From contig CANFNV010000010.1 in the NCBI GenBank assembly GCA_947448525.1, forward strand, positions 14,157 to 78,156: DNA of 64,000 nt, read 5' to 3'. How positions within the stretch are numbered: the first letter of the stretch is position 1; each line of letters starts with the position of its first letter. Source of the DNA: Flavobacteriaceae bacterium (GTDB lineage Bacteria; Bacteroidota; Bacteroidia; Flavobacteriales; Flavobacteriaceae). Under the pieces are notes generated by a model. The model did no database searches, was not told the DNA's origin, and worked only from the letters and a program-made list of their open reading frames with translations. This document shows, in pieces, positions 1 to 9,633 of the stretch. The translations under genes and the position numbers were made by a program.

Positions 1-154
1 AATAAAAAATAGAAAGGGTAAAGAAGTAACTAATAATTATGAAAAATTTTCAGAAAAAGTAGAACAATATATTACTGAAAATTTAAAAAGTGTTAAAGCT
101 GATATTAAAGCTGTAGGTTCAGGAAAAGTTGTTGTGACTTTCAGACCACTATAA
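1..154 (+). CDS. 3' end of a CDS truncated by the window edge; possibly DUF6175-like secreted protein
   Basis: Open frame from base 2: IKNRKGKEVTNNYEKFSEKVEQYITENLKSVKADIKAVGSGKVVVTFRPL, stop TAA 152-154, 18 nt before the next ATG. The family guess rests only on the C-terminal G-x-G-strand pattern and the neighbouring genes. Confidence 0.5.
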   Translation, partial: IKNRKGKEVTNNYEKFSEKVEQYITENLKSVKADIKAVGSGKVVVTFRPL

Positions 155-172
155 AAAAAATAAAAAATAAAA

Positions 173-658
173 ATGAAAAAATTCAGAATCACCTTATTTT
201 TAATATTTCTAGTGTCATTATTTAATTGTAATGCACAAAAAAATAATAGAGGCGCTGATTATACCTATGAAGTTTCGTGTTTGGGAAGCGAAATGGACGG
301 TAGTATTACAGTAGAGTCTTATGGTATGGGTAGAAATTACTCCGATGCATCAGAGCAAGCCAAAAAAAATGCAGTTATGGCTGTTATATTTAAAGGCATT
401 AAAATTGGTGTTGGTGATTGTAATAAAAGTCCTTTATTATTATCTTTTAATTCCGAAAGTAAATATGAAGACTATTTTGCATCTTTCTTTAAAGACAATG
501 GTCCTTATATGCAATATGTTAGTCTTAAAGACGAAAGAATCGGCAATAAGATTAAAAGAAATGTAAAAAAATCGGAAGAAATGCAACAGCGTAAAGTTGT
601 TGTTAGAGTAGATCGTCTTGGTATAAAGAAAAAATTGCAAGGAGATAATATTAATTAA
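173..658 (+). CDS. Secreted hypothetical protein, LPP20/FlgT-N-like fold suspected
   Basis: N-terminal signal peptide (MKKFRITLFLIFLVSLFNCNAQ); motif ESYGMGRNYSDASEQAKKNAVMAVIFKGI resembles LPP20-type strand-helix motifs. Confidence 0.6.
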   Translation: MKKFRITLFLIFLVSLFNCNAQKNNRGADYTYEVSCLGSEMDGSITVESYGMGRNYSDASEQAKKNAVMAVIFKGIKIGVGDCNKSPLLLSFNSESKYEDYFASFFKDNGPYMQYVSLKDERIGNKIKRNVKKSEEMQQRKVVVRVDRLGIKKKLQGDNIN

Positions 659-670
659 AAATTATACAAA

Positions 671-1780
671 ATGAAAAAAATAATCTTTTTTTTATGTTCT
701 TTAATGATTATAACCTCTTTAAAGGCGCAAAACAAACTTGGCAGTGCTGATGATGCTGCAAGAATTCCAATTTTAGCTTATGTACCTAGTGATATTGGTG
801 ATTTGACACCAGCGGCACAAGAGGCATTAAAGGCTCGACTTGATCGTATTGTAACAAAAGCTGGTCTAGGTGGAGCTTCAACAAATAACCGATTTATCAT
901 GACAGCTAAAATTGTTGAACTCGGTAAAGAGGTATCAAGCACTACTCCAACAATTTATTTTTACAATTTAGAAATAACATTACTTGTTGGCGATGCAGTT
1001 GAGGGCAAAATTTTTGGATCTACACTAATTGAAACCAGTGGGGTAGGAAGCAGTGAAACTAGAGCATATTTAGATGCAATTAAAAAAATCAAAGACCAAG
1101 ATCCAAAATATACTACTTTTATTGATCAAGCAAAAGTTAAAATTATTGAATATTATAATTCTAATTGCGACTTCATTATAAAAGATGCTGAAGCTTTAAC
1201 TTCTATCAAAGGTTATGATGAGGCAATTTACAAATTAGCATCAGTACCTGATGTTTGTAAAGATTGTTATGCAAAATGTTTGGATAAAATTGGGGTGGTT
1301 TATAAAGCGAAAATGGAGAATGAGTGCCAAACCTATATTTCCCAAGCTACCACACTTATGGCACAAGAAAATTATTATGAAGCTGCAGAGGTTTTATCAC
1401 CAATTTTGCCTGATCTATCTTGTTACCCAAAAGCGCAAGCTTTAATAAAAGACATAAATGACCATAAGTGCGCAACAGCAATTGGAAAAGCCAGAGGTGC
1501 TTGGGCATCTCATGATACTGCATCTACAAGCGAAGCTTTAGCATCAGTACCCTCAGATTCTAAATGCTATGCAGAAGCAGTGGCATTAGCCAATGAAGTG
1601 AAAAAATATGTAAAAGAGACTGAAAATAGAGATTTTGAGTTCATGAAACAAGAACACAAAGACGATGTTGATATCAAAAAAGCAAGAATTAAAGCAGCAA
1701 GAGACATAGGTGTTGCTTATGGAAATGGTCCAAAAGCAAAGATTGTTAGTGTTAGGTATAATATTAGAGGTTGGTGGTAA
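671..1780 (+). CDS. Secreted hypothetical protein with N-terminal alpha/beta domain and three TPR-like Cys-containing helical repeats
   Basis: Signal peptide; repeats LASVPDVCKDCY / LSPILPDLSCY / LASVPSDSKCY about 50 aa apart; ends RGWW. Confidence 0.75.
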   Translation: MKKIIFFLCSLMIITSLKAQNKLGSADDAARIPILAYVPSDIGDLTPAAQEALKARLDRIVTKAGLGGASTNNRFIMTAKIVELGKEVSSTTPTIYFYNLEITLLVGDAVEGKIFGSTLIETSGVGSSETRAYLDAIKKIKDQDPKYTTFIDQAKVKIIEYYNSNCDFIIKDAEALTSIKGYDEAIYKLASVPDVCKDCYAKCLDKIGVVYKAKMENECQTYISQATTLMAQENYYEAAEVLSPILPDLSCYPKAQALIKDINDHKCATAIGKARGAWASHDTASTSEALASVPSDSKCYAEAVALANEVKKYVKETENRDFEFMKQEHKDDVDIKKARIKAARDIGVAYGNGPKAKIVSVRYNIRGWW

Positions 1781-1868
1781 AAAGTTGTTTTGCAAATGTT
1801 AAGTATTATACCTTATACCAAAATCCCATATTTACTAATAATAAAATAAATACAATAAATTACTCAAA

Positions 1869-2519
1869 ATGAAAAAAATAGCATTTTTACTGGTTTGTTT
1901 TTACACCATTTCATATTCACAAGAGGTAAGACAAGTTTCAAGAAATGTAGAAGGAGGTATGTCTATAATTCGAGAAAATATTATACTTTATAAAGAATTT
2001 AATTTTTTTAGAGATTGGAGTAAAATGGCTGTTTTAAAATCGGGTATTGGAGAAAAAGTTGAATTGTTTCCGGTATATTTTAATGTTCCCGATAAAAAAG
2101 TAGAGCTTTATGGATTACAACTAGATGTAGAAGTAAAACCTCAAAAAGAAGGTATTGAAGTAAAAAATTCAGGTTCAATTTTAGGTTTAGTAAATAAAGG
2201 ATTTATTAAAAGATCTATATTTATTGATAAAGCTGATGTCTTAAGACTTATTACAGGTTTACAAAGAGATGTTATCCCTGAAATAAAAAATGAATTTAAA
2301 AACAAATCGAAAGAGTATGTTTTTAAATCAAAAGAGTTATTTTTCTCATTTTTTATTTATGAAAAAAAAGCTCGAATTACTATGCACGTTGTTGATTATG
2401 GACCATCTGGATTTGATAATGGCGCCAATGAACAAATAGAATTTTGGACTGAATCTAGAGTTGATGACATTCCTGAATTTTTACAAAAAGTGAAGGAAAT
2501 TTATGCCACATTAAAATAA
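1869..2519 (+). CDS. Secreted hypothetical protein
   Basis: 216-aa ORF with signal peptide MKKIAFLLVCFYTISYSQ, followed by a terminator hairpin; no family recognised. Confidence 0.7.
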   Translation: MKKIAFLLVCFYTISYSQEVRQVSRNVEGGMSIIRENIILYKEFNFFRDWSKMAVLKSGIGEKVELFPVYFNVPDKKVELYGLQLDVEVKPQKEGIEVKNSGSILGLVNKGFIKRSIFIDKADVLRLITGLQRDVIPEIKNEFKNKSKEYVFKSKELFFSFFIYEKKARITMHVVDYGPSGFDNGANEQIEFWTESRVDDIPEFLQKVKEIYATLK

Positions 2520-2528
2520 ATTATTTTT

Positions 2529-2560
2529 AAAAGGATGAAGTTTAAACTTCATCCTTTTTT
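2529..2560 (+). terminator. Intrinsic terminator (perfect palindrome, probably bidirectional)
   Basis: AAAAGGATGAAGTTT-AAACTTCATCCTTTT followed by T run, 10 nt after the stop at 2519. Confidence 0.85.
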
Positions 2561-2854
2561 ATATTAAAAACTAAAAATTCAAAAAATAGAAGTGGACTTT
2601 CTCCTTAATTATATTTACCTTATAAAATCGATACTCAACAAACCTTACCTCCCAATTTACAATTTTTTTCACAAAAACGTTTCAAATTAAGGGTAACACT
2701 ACTATTATTTTCTCTTAAAGAAAAAACAAAGTCAATGGCAAATTCTACAGCAGTTTTTTCATTAGTTTCAATTTAAAGAAAATAGCTTGTATTGTATTAG
2801 TTAAAGCGGTTCGTATCATTTCCTTTTTTATTATATTAGCCAAAACAAATAAAG

Positions 2855-3673
2855 GTGCCTGCTAAAAAACAAAACGTTTCTCTCCTACTATTTCTTTTTC
2901 TAACGCTATTATGCCAAGCACAAGTCTCGGTTTGCAGTTGGAATTTAATGAATTTTGGCAAATCAAAATCGGATAGTGAATTAGAATTTATAGCAAATAC
3001 ACTTAATAAATTCGACATCGTCACCATTCAGGAAGTAGTTGCTGGTAATGGAGGTGCGCAAGCGGTTGCTCGTTTAGTAAACATCCTCAATAACAAAGGC
3101 GCACATTGGGATTATGTTGTAAGCGACCCCACCACAAGTGACAATCCGTCGAGTGTGGAGCGATATGCTTATCTATGGAAGCCAACAAAAGTGAAAAAGA
3201 TAGGCAATAGTTGGCTCGAGCAAAATTTTGAAAAAGAGATCGATAGAGAACCTTATATGAGTACTTTTGATTATAATGGAAAGACATTTACGCTTGCTTC
3301 CTTTCATGCAGTTCCCAAAAAGAAACATCCTGAGAGCGAAATTAAATATTTCAAATCAATACCTGCTTTATATCCTAAATTGAGTCTTATTTTTATGGGT
3401 GATTTCAATTGCCCGCAATCCAATACAGTTTTTATTCCGTTAAAAAATAAGGGGTATAAAAGTACTTTAACAAATCAAAAAACAAGTTTACGTCAAAAGT
3501 GTATTGACAATGATTGTTTAGCATCTGAATATGATAATATATATTACAATTCGAGTAAAACAACAATAAAACAAGCGGGTATTGTGCCTTTTTACAACCA
3601 ATTTAGCACAAACAAAGAAGCACGACATATTTCGGACCACATACCAATTTGGGGATTGTTTCTTTTTAATTAA
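2855..3673 (+). CDS. Secreted endonuclease/exonuclease/phosphatase (DNase I-like) family protein
   Basis: GTG start, signal peptide; EEP motifs WNLMNFG, IQEV, ERYAYLW, FHAVP, MGDFN, YDNIYY, SDHIP. Confidence 0.88.
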   Translation: MPAKKQNVSLLLFLFLTLLCQAQVSVCSWNLMNFGKSKSDSELEFIANTLNKFDIVTIQEVVAGNGGAQAVARLVNILNNKGAHWDYVVSDPTTSDNPSSVERYAYLWKPTKVKKIGNSWLEQNFEKEIDREPYMSTFDYNGKTFTLASFHAVPKKKHPESEIKYFKSIPALYPKLSLIFMGDFNCPQSNTVFIPLKNKGYKSTLTNQKTSLRQKCIDNDCLASEYDNIYYNSSKTTIKQAGIVPFYNQFSTNKEARHISDHIPIWGLFLFN

Positions 3674-3743
3674 TATTGCTATTTATATTTTAAATTCAAC
3701 TGAAACCTAAATAGATTTACTAATTAGACGCTAATTTTTTGAC

Positions 3744-4517
3744 TTATTCCTCTCCTTCCTTATTCTCCTTAAAGTCATAAACATATTGAATCGGTAGAGA
3801 AACGAGTTCTTCTTGATTCACTTCTAGTTCTTCCGGTTTTGGTGGATTGACAAAATTGCCGTTTTCATCAAATCGTTTCATAAAAGCATCTTCTTGCGGA
3901 TTAAAATCGGGTTTTTCCCATTCGTATTGAATGTCTTTTACATAATCAGGTGTTTTGAATCGAACCGCAAAAACAAAACCTGATATTAATCCTGATAAAT
4001 GTCCTTCCCAAGAAATAGTTTTATCCACTTCTGGAAAAACATACCAAATCATACCGCCATACAACATTACAACAGCCAATGATAAAGCCATTAATCTATA
4101 ATATTGGGTCATCATTCCTTTAAAGAAAATAAAAGAAACCAAAACGTAAATCAAACTACTTGCGCCAATATGATAGGATTCCCGACCGATTACCCAAGTA
4201 ATAATTCCAGAAAGTAAAATGCCAAAAACCAATACTTTTAAAGAGACTTCCCTATAAAAATAAATTAAAGCCGTACACAAAATAAAAAGAGGCAACGAAT
4301 TGCTTGCGATATGGTTCAAATCGGCATGCAAAAACGGACTAAAAAAAATGCCTTGCAATCCTGATGCAGTTCTTGGCAAAATTCCGTGTTCGTTCAAATG
4401 AAGATGAAACGAATTATCAGCATAAAACACCAACCAAATAAAAAGCAATAGAAACGAAGGAATAATCCACGTTGATGCTGAAAATTTGAAATGGTTAAAT
4501 TCATTATTGTGTATCAT
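3744..4517 (-). CDS. Rhomboid family intramembrane serine protease
   Basis: Multi-TM protein with PFLHADLNHIASN, HIGASSLIY (catalytic Ser) and WEGHLSG (catalytic His). ATG at 4517 preferred over the TTG at 4550. Confidence 0.88.
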   Translation of the reverse strand: MIHNNEFNHFKFSASTWIIPSFLLLFIWLVFYADNSFHLHLNEHGILPRTASGLQGIFFSPFLHADLNHIASNSLPLFILCTALIYFYREVSLKVLVFGILLSGIITWVIGRESYHIGASSLIYVLVSFIFFKGMMTQYYRLMALSLAVVMLYGGMIWYVFPEVDKTISWEGHLSGLISGFVFAVRFKTPDYVKDIQYEWEKPDFNPQEDAFMKRFDENGNFVNPPKPEELEVNQEELVSLPIQYVYDFKENKEGEE

Positions 4518-4578
4518 ATTTGAGTAATCAATTATCAAAAATACATCCAATTATTTTTTAATGCTAATTTGTCATATC

Positions 4579-4727
4579 AATTTGGAAATGTGAAAATGAT
4601 ATAATTTGAAAATTACAATAAAAATGATTTTAAATAATTAAATTTGTAAAGTGCACATTTGAATTAAAATATGTTATCCCTATTCATTGTGCATTTTCAA
4701 ATTTCCAAATTCTTACATTTTCAAATT
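4579..4727. repeat. Inverted pair of degenerate 8-nt tandem-unit arms (AATTTGAA/TTCAAATT type)
   Basis: Left 4579-4614 AATTTGGAAATGTGAAAATGATATAATTTGAAAATT; right 4691-4727 GCATTTTCAAATTTCCAAATTCTTACATTTTCAAATT. Confidence 0.65.
4639..4646 (+). promoter_or_regulatory. Bacteroidota sigma-A -7 element for rarA
   Basis: TAAATTTG matches TAnnTTTG, 85 nt upstream of ATG 4731. Confidence 0.55.
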
Positions 4728-4730
4728 AAA

Positions 4731-6008
4731 ATGGAAGCACCTTTAGCCGAACGCATTCGTCCGCAAAAATTAGAAGATTACATCAGTCAGTTGCACTTGG
4801 TTGGTCCAAACGGCTCGTTGACACAACAAATTGCACGCGGCGTGATTCCTTCAATGATTTTTTGGGGCTCGCCAGGCACAGGAAAAACTACTTTGGCGCA
4901 AATTATTGCTAAACAAAGTCAGCGTCCGTTTTATGAATTGAGCGCCATAAATAGTGGTGTAAAAGACATTCGTGATGTGATTGAAAAAGCAAAACAAAGT
5001 GGCGGACTATTTACCGCAAAAAATCCAATCTTATTTATTGATGAGATTCATCGATTTAGTAAATCGCAACAAGATTCGCTTTTAGCAGCAGTCGAAAAAG
5101 GTTGGGTAACTCTGATTGGTGCAACCACAGAAAATCCAAGTTTTGAAGTAATTCCCGCGTTATTGTCACGTTGTCAGGTGTATGTTCTAAATCCGTTTTC
5201 AAAAGAAGATTTGTTAGCACTTTTAGAACGAGCCATGAAACAAGACGTTTCTATTTCATCCAAAAAAATCAAAATCAAAGAATCGGAAGCGTTGTTGCGA
5301 CTTTCAGGCGGGGATGGCAGAAAACTATTAAATATTTTTGAATTGGTTGTAAACGCAAGTCCTGAAGGTCAAATTACAATCACTAACAAAAAAGTTTTGG
5401 AATTAGTTCAACAAAACACAGTGCTTTATGATAAAACTGGAGAACAACATTATGATATTGTTTCGGCTTTTATCAAGTCCATTCGCGGAAGCGATCCCAA
5501 TGGGGCGGTTTATTGGTTGGCTCGAATGATTGAAGGTTGCGAAGATGTAAAATTTATTGCCAGAAGAATGTTGATTTTATCAAGTGAAGATATTGGGAAT
5601 GCCAATCCTACTGCATTTATTATGGCAAACAATACATTTCAAGCCGTTGCTACGATTGGTTATCCCGAAAGCAGAATTATCTTGAGTCAATGTGCTGTAT
5701 ATTTGGCAACTTCCCCAAAAAGTAACGCCAGTTATATGGCAATTAATGATGCCCAGGCGTTAGTAAAACAAACAGGAGATTTACCAATTCCAATTCATTT
5801 ACGAAATGCACCAACCAAATTAATGAAAGAATTGGGTTATGGCGATGAGTATCAATATTCCCATAATTATGCTAATAATTTTAGTGAGCAAGAATACCTG
5901 CCAGAAGCCATTAAAGAAACTAAATTTTATGAGCCTGGAAATAACTCCCGTGAAAATGGAACTCGTGAATTTTTAAAAAACCGTTGGAAGGATAAGTATG
6001 GGTATTAA
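4731..6008 (+). CDS. rarA: Replication-associated recombination protein A (MgsA/RarA AAA+ ATPase)
   Basis: Starts [11 protein letters not shown] (ATG 4731; the ORF-track extension from 4671 runs through the repeat arm); Walker [10 protein letters not shown], Walker [24 protein letters not shown]. Confidence 0.95.
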   Translation: MEAPLAERIRPQKLEDYISQLHLVGPNGSLTQQIARGVIPSMIFWGSPGTGKTTLAQIIAKQSQRPFYELSAINSGVKDIRDVIEKAKQSGGLFTAKNPILFIDEIHRFSKSQQDSLLAAVEKGWVTLIGATTENPSFEVIPALLSRCQVYVLNPFSKEDLLALLERAMKQDVSISSKKIKIKESEALLRLSGGDGRKLLNIFELVVNASPEGQITITNKKVLELVQQNTVLYDKTGEQHYDIVSAFIKSIRGSDPNGAVYWLARMIEGCEDVKFIARRMLILSSEDIGNANPTAFIMANNTFQAVATIGYPESRIILSQCAVYLATSPKSNASYMAINDAQALVKQTGDLPIPIHLRNAPTKLMKELGYGDEYQYSHNYANNFSEQEYLPEAIKETKFYEPGNNSRENGTREFLKNRWKDKYGY

Positions 6009-6722
6009 TTAGAATTGAACGTGCAACAATTCAGTGATTTTTTGATTATTCAGATAATATTCAAAAATCCATTTTTCATTGTCTTTAAAAAAAATTCCTG
6101 TATTTTCTTTTCTTTTTGCAATGTAAACGTCTTTTACAGAAGTGTATTTTATATTCATATAAACAACTTCTGGATTTGATGTAATCAAATCAAACCCTTC
6201 AATTGCTTTTTTTGGATACAAAATCATAGGCTTTCCCTCGTTGTGCTCTACTCCCTGAAAAGCTAATTCACCGACCGTTCCAATGCTTTTTTCAGAAGGC
6301 TGATACTTATGTGTTTTTAACATTCCAAAATTATCAAATGCCATTCGCAAGGCTTCATTATATGCCACTCTATATTCTTTTTCTCTACTAGTTCCTTCAT
6401 CCGATGTAGCGAGGATGTTGTTTTTGCAATCTTTAATAACTACTTTTAACTTGGTAGAAAACATAGTACTATTATTCAATACGTCTATAAAAATTTTATT
6501 ACAATTAATACTAGCAAAATCTGCTGAAAAAGTTTCATTGTCATAATAGCTTTCAAAACCATATTTCTGTAAATACATTTTAGTTATTAAATTCAAATTA
6601 TACTGATTCTCTTCTTTCAAAAAAGAGAATTTTGAAGGCATCAGAGCATATTTATACTCATTCACATTTTGTGCAAATACAACAGCAGAAAACAATAAAA
6701 ACAATACAATATATTTTTTCAT
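6009..6722 (-). CDS. Conserved secreted hypothetical protein
   Basis: Signal peptide MKKYIVLFLLFSAVVFAQ; start overlaps the yjjG-like stop (TAATG), so co-transcribed. Confidence 0.75.
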   Translation of the reverse strand: MKKYIVLFLLFSAVVFAQNVNEYKYALMPSKFSFLKEENQYNLNLITKMYLQKYGFESYYDNETFSADFASINCNKIFIDVLNNSTMFSTKLKVVIKDCKNNILATSDEGTSREKEYRVAYNEALRMAFDNFGMLKTHKYQPSEKSIGTVGELAFQGVEHNEGKPMILYPKKAIEGFDLITSNPEVVYMNIKYTSVKDVYIAKRKENTGIFFKDNEKWIFEYYLNNQKITELLHVQF

Positions 6723-7405
6723 TACAGATGTTTTTTTAATTCAATTAGGTGGTTTATTTGTTTGATATGACTCGGAATTTCTATATTTTTTTCATTAAAA
6801 TGTATTGCATCCATACCAAAATTTAATGCTCCATTTACATCGGCATCTATGCAATCGCCAATCATTATTGAGTTTGCTTTATCAACTTTTGCGATGGAAA
6901 GAGCATGTTCAAAAATCTTTGGATTTGGTTTTTTAACACCTGCCATTTCTGAATTGGTGACCGAAATAAAATAATCTATAATTCCAGAATTTATTAATTT
7001 CTTTTCTTGAACCTCGGCAAAACCGTTAGTGATAATGTGCAGTTTGTATTTGGCGCTAAGGTATTCTAAAACTTCAATTGTTCCGTCAAATAGACTATTA
7101 TTTTCGGGTAAAAAAGTAATATAGTCAATTGCCATTTGGTTTATTTCTTCGTCTAAAATATCATAATTTAGGGCATCAAACGAATTTTTCAATCTTTTAT
7201 ATCGCAATTCGTCATGTGAAATAGAATCGTTTTGATATAATTTCCAAAACGCTTGATTTATTGGAGCATATATGGAAATAAACTTTTTTGTCTCGATAGT
7301 TGGATGCTTTTCGCTAAATATCTTATCAAATGCCAACTCAGAATTTTTATCAAAATCCCAAAGAGTATGATCTAAGTCAAAAAAAACGTCAGTTATATGT
7401 TTCAT
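6722..7405 (-). CDS. YjjG-family HAD nucleotidase
   Basis: HAD motif I FFDLDHTLWDF, ITNGF, KKP, motif IV MIGDCIDADVNGA. Confidence 0.9.
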   Translation of the reverse strand: MKHITDVFFDLDHTLWDFDKNSELAFDKIFSEKHPTIETKKFISIYAPINQAFWKLYQNDSISHDELRYKRLKNSFDALNYDILDEEINQMAIDYITFLPENNSLFDGTIEVLEYLSAKYKLHIITNGFAEVQEKKLINSGIIDYFISVTNSEMAGVKKPNPKIFEHALSIAKVDKANSIMIGDCIDADVNGALNFGMDAIHFNEKNIEIPSHIKQINHLIELKKHL

Positions 7406-7407
7406 TT

Positions 7408-8091
7408 TTAAAAAATTCCTTCGTCATTAAAACTATAATATCCTGTTTCTGTTATTATAATATGATCTAGAACTATAATATCCAATTGTTGCCCTGCAAG
7501 CTTCAATTTTCTAGTTATTTCTTTATCGGGATCACTGGCTTGCAATTTTCCTGATGGATGATTGTGTGTCAAAATTAACGAAGTTGCATTATATTCCAAT
7601 GCGGTTTTAAAAATTATTCTAGTATCGACAATGGTTCCTGTTAACCCTCCTTTGGATAATTGTGCTTTATGTAGCACTTTGTTGGAATTATTAAGATACA
7701 AAACCCAAAATTCTTCGTGTGGAAGTTCTCCAATAATAGGCTGCATAATTTCAAAAACAGCTTTGCTAGATGTAATTTTGTTTAATATAATAGCATCTTC
7801 TGCCCTACGCCTTCTTCCTAATTCTAAAGCTGCCGCAATAGAAATAGCTTTGGCCTCTCCTATTCCTTTATACTCTGTAAGTTGTTGAATGGATAATTTT
7901 CCGAGTTGATTCAGATTATTATTGGCTGAAAATAATATCCTTTGGCAGAGTTGCACGGCACTTTCATTCCGTGAACCAGAACCAATAAGAATAGCAAGTA
8001 ATTCGGAATCAGATAAGGCAAATTTACCTTTTAAGAGAAATTTTTCTCGTGGGCGATCTTCTTCAGCCCATTGGTTGATTGGTGTGTACAT
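7408..8091 (-). CDS. radC: RadC family JAB-domain protein
   Basis: RPREK...ALSDSELLAILIGSG, KGIGEAKA, JAB motif HNHPSG...SDPD...DHII. ATG 8091 preferred over TTG 8118. Confidence 0.93.
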   Translation of the reverse strand: MYTPINQWAEEDRPREKFLLKGKFALSDSELLAILIGSGSRNESAVQLCQRILFSANNNLNQLGKLSIQQLTEYKGIGEAKAISIAAALELGRRRRAEDAIILNKITSSKAVFEIMQPIIGELPHEEFWVLYLNNSNKVLHKAQLSKGGLTGTIVDTRIIFKTALEYNATSLILTHNHPSGKLQASDPDKEITRKLKLAGQQLDIIVLDHIIITETGYYSFNDEGIF

Positions 8092-8275
8092 GATTATTTT
8101 GGCGTTTATAAAAAACAAAGAAACTTATTTTTTTAATATGTTCAAAATAAAATGATTGCTTTTTACTAAACAAAACCATTTATTGATCAGATTCCAAAGA
8201 ATGATAAGAATATGTAATAGTATTGTATGTTTAGTTAGTCCTTACGAAGGAATCTCTTATTTTATAATTGACAAA

Positions 8276-9631
8276 TTATCCAATTAATTGCTTCACCTCT
8301 TCAAAGTTCAATCCACCATAATTACCCGAACTCATTAAAAGCAATGCCGAATTATCAAAATTTTGACTGAACAGAAAGTTTTTAAATTCAGCTGGATTGG
8401 TATAAATGATTAAATCGTCTCTTTGGAATGATTCCGCAATTTGCTCATACGTTACTTCCTCCAATTGTTTAATTTTAACCGCATCGGGCGAATAAAAAAC
8501 CGCAGCAACATCAGCTGCGTCTAGTGCACCTTGATATTCTTTTAAAAATTCGGCATTCAAACTACTATAGGTATGCAATTCTAAACAAGCAATTAATTTT
8601 CTATCAGGATATTGATTTTTAACCGCTTTTGTAGTTGCAGAAACTTTGCTTGGTGAATGGGCAAAATCTTTGTAAGCTACTTTTCCTTTGCCTTCGGCAA
8701 TTTTTTCAAGACGTTTGCTTGCTCCTTTGAAACTCGCAATGGCTTCATAGAAGTCTGCTTCGTCAACACCCATATTTTGACAAATCCATTTGGCACCAGC
8801 TAGATTATTTAAATTATGCGCTCCAAAAACTTCAATTGGCATTGGGCCTTCGGGTGTATCTAACAAAGTAGTTCCTTCCTCAACTGTGTATGATGGGGTT
8901 GTATAAGGCATTTTTCTGATAGTATTTGTAGTTGATTCCGCTACTTTTTTAACGGTTTCGTCTTCTTCATTGTAAACTAAAATTCCGCCTTTAGTAATTT
9001 GATTTACAAAAATTTCAAATTGTTCCACATAATTCTCAAAGGTTGGAAATACATTAATATGGTCCCAAGCAATTCCAGAAATCAAAGCAATATTGGGTTG
9101 ATATAAATGAAATTTTGGACGTCTATCTATTGGGGAAGATAAATATTCATCGCCTTCTAGAACTATGAAATCATTTTCATGTGTAAGATGTACCATGGTG
9201 TCAAATCCTTCTAATTGAGCGCCAACCATATAATCTACTGCAATATTATGGTAATGCATCACATGTAAAATCATAGAAGTGATCGTTGTTTTTCCATGGG
9301 AACCACCAATTACTACTCGTGTTTTATTTTTGGATTGGTCGTATAAAAATTCGGGATACGAAAAGATTTTCAAACCCAATTCTTGTGCTTTCAACAATTC
9401 TAGATTATCTGCTTTAGCATGCATTCCTAGTATTATAGCTTCAATATTTTTAGTGATTTTTACTGGAAACCAACCCATTTCTATTGGCAGTAATCCTTTT
9501 TTTTCTAATCTCGATTTAGAGGGTTCGAAGATTGCATCATCACTCCCCGTTACTTGATATCCTTTGTTGTGTAATGCTAATGCTAAATTGTGCATTGCTG
9601 CTCCGCCAATGGCAATAAAGTGTATTCTCAT
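8276..9631 (-). CDS. Mur ligase, Mpl/MurC-like (peptidoglycan recycling ligase most likely)
   Basis: HFIAIGGAAMHNLA, GSD, P-loop GGSHGKTT, EGDEY, DFAHSP. Confidence 0.85.
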   Translation of the reverse strand: MRIHFIAIGGAAMHNLALALHNKGYQVTGSDDAIFEPSKSRLEKKGLLPIEMGWFPVKITKNIEAIILGMHAKADNLELLKAQELGLKIFSYPEFLYDQSKNKTRVVIGGSHGKTTITSMILHVMHYHNIAVDYMVGAQLEGFDTMVHLTHENDFIVLEGDEYLSSPIDRRPKFHLYQPNIALISGIAWDHINVFPTFENYVEQFEIFVNQITKGGILVYNEEDETVKKVAESTTNTIRKMPYTTPSYTVEEGTTLLDTPEGPMPIEVFGAHNLNNLAGAKWICQNMGVDEADFYEAIASFKGASKRLEKIAEGKGKVAYKDFAHSPSKVSATTKAVKNQYPDRKLIACLELHTYSSLNAEFLKEYQGALDAADVAAVFYSPDAVKIKQLEEVTYEQIAESFQRDDLIIYTNPAEFKNFLFSQNFDNSALLLMSSGNYGGLNFEEVKQLIG

Positions 9632-9633
9632 TT

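Noticed and set aside
2561-2854. Possible small ORFs or pseudogene in the 290-nt spacer (e.g. minus-strand MIRTALTNTIQAIFFKLKLMKKLL)
   Set aside because: Short, stop-interrupted, no recognisable similarity; consistent with AT-rich promoter DNA.
4671-4730. N-terminal extension of RarA given by the ORF track (similar extensions for rhomboid 4550, radC 8118, 15274, mlaF 30492, gldJ 59469)
   Set aside because: Extensions lack family similarity, run through promoter/repeat DNA or overlap neighbours; downstream ATGs match family N-termini.
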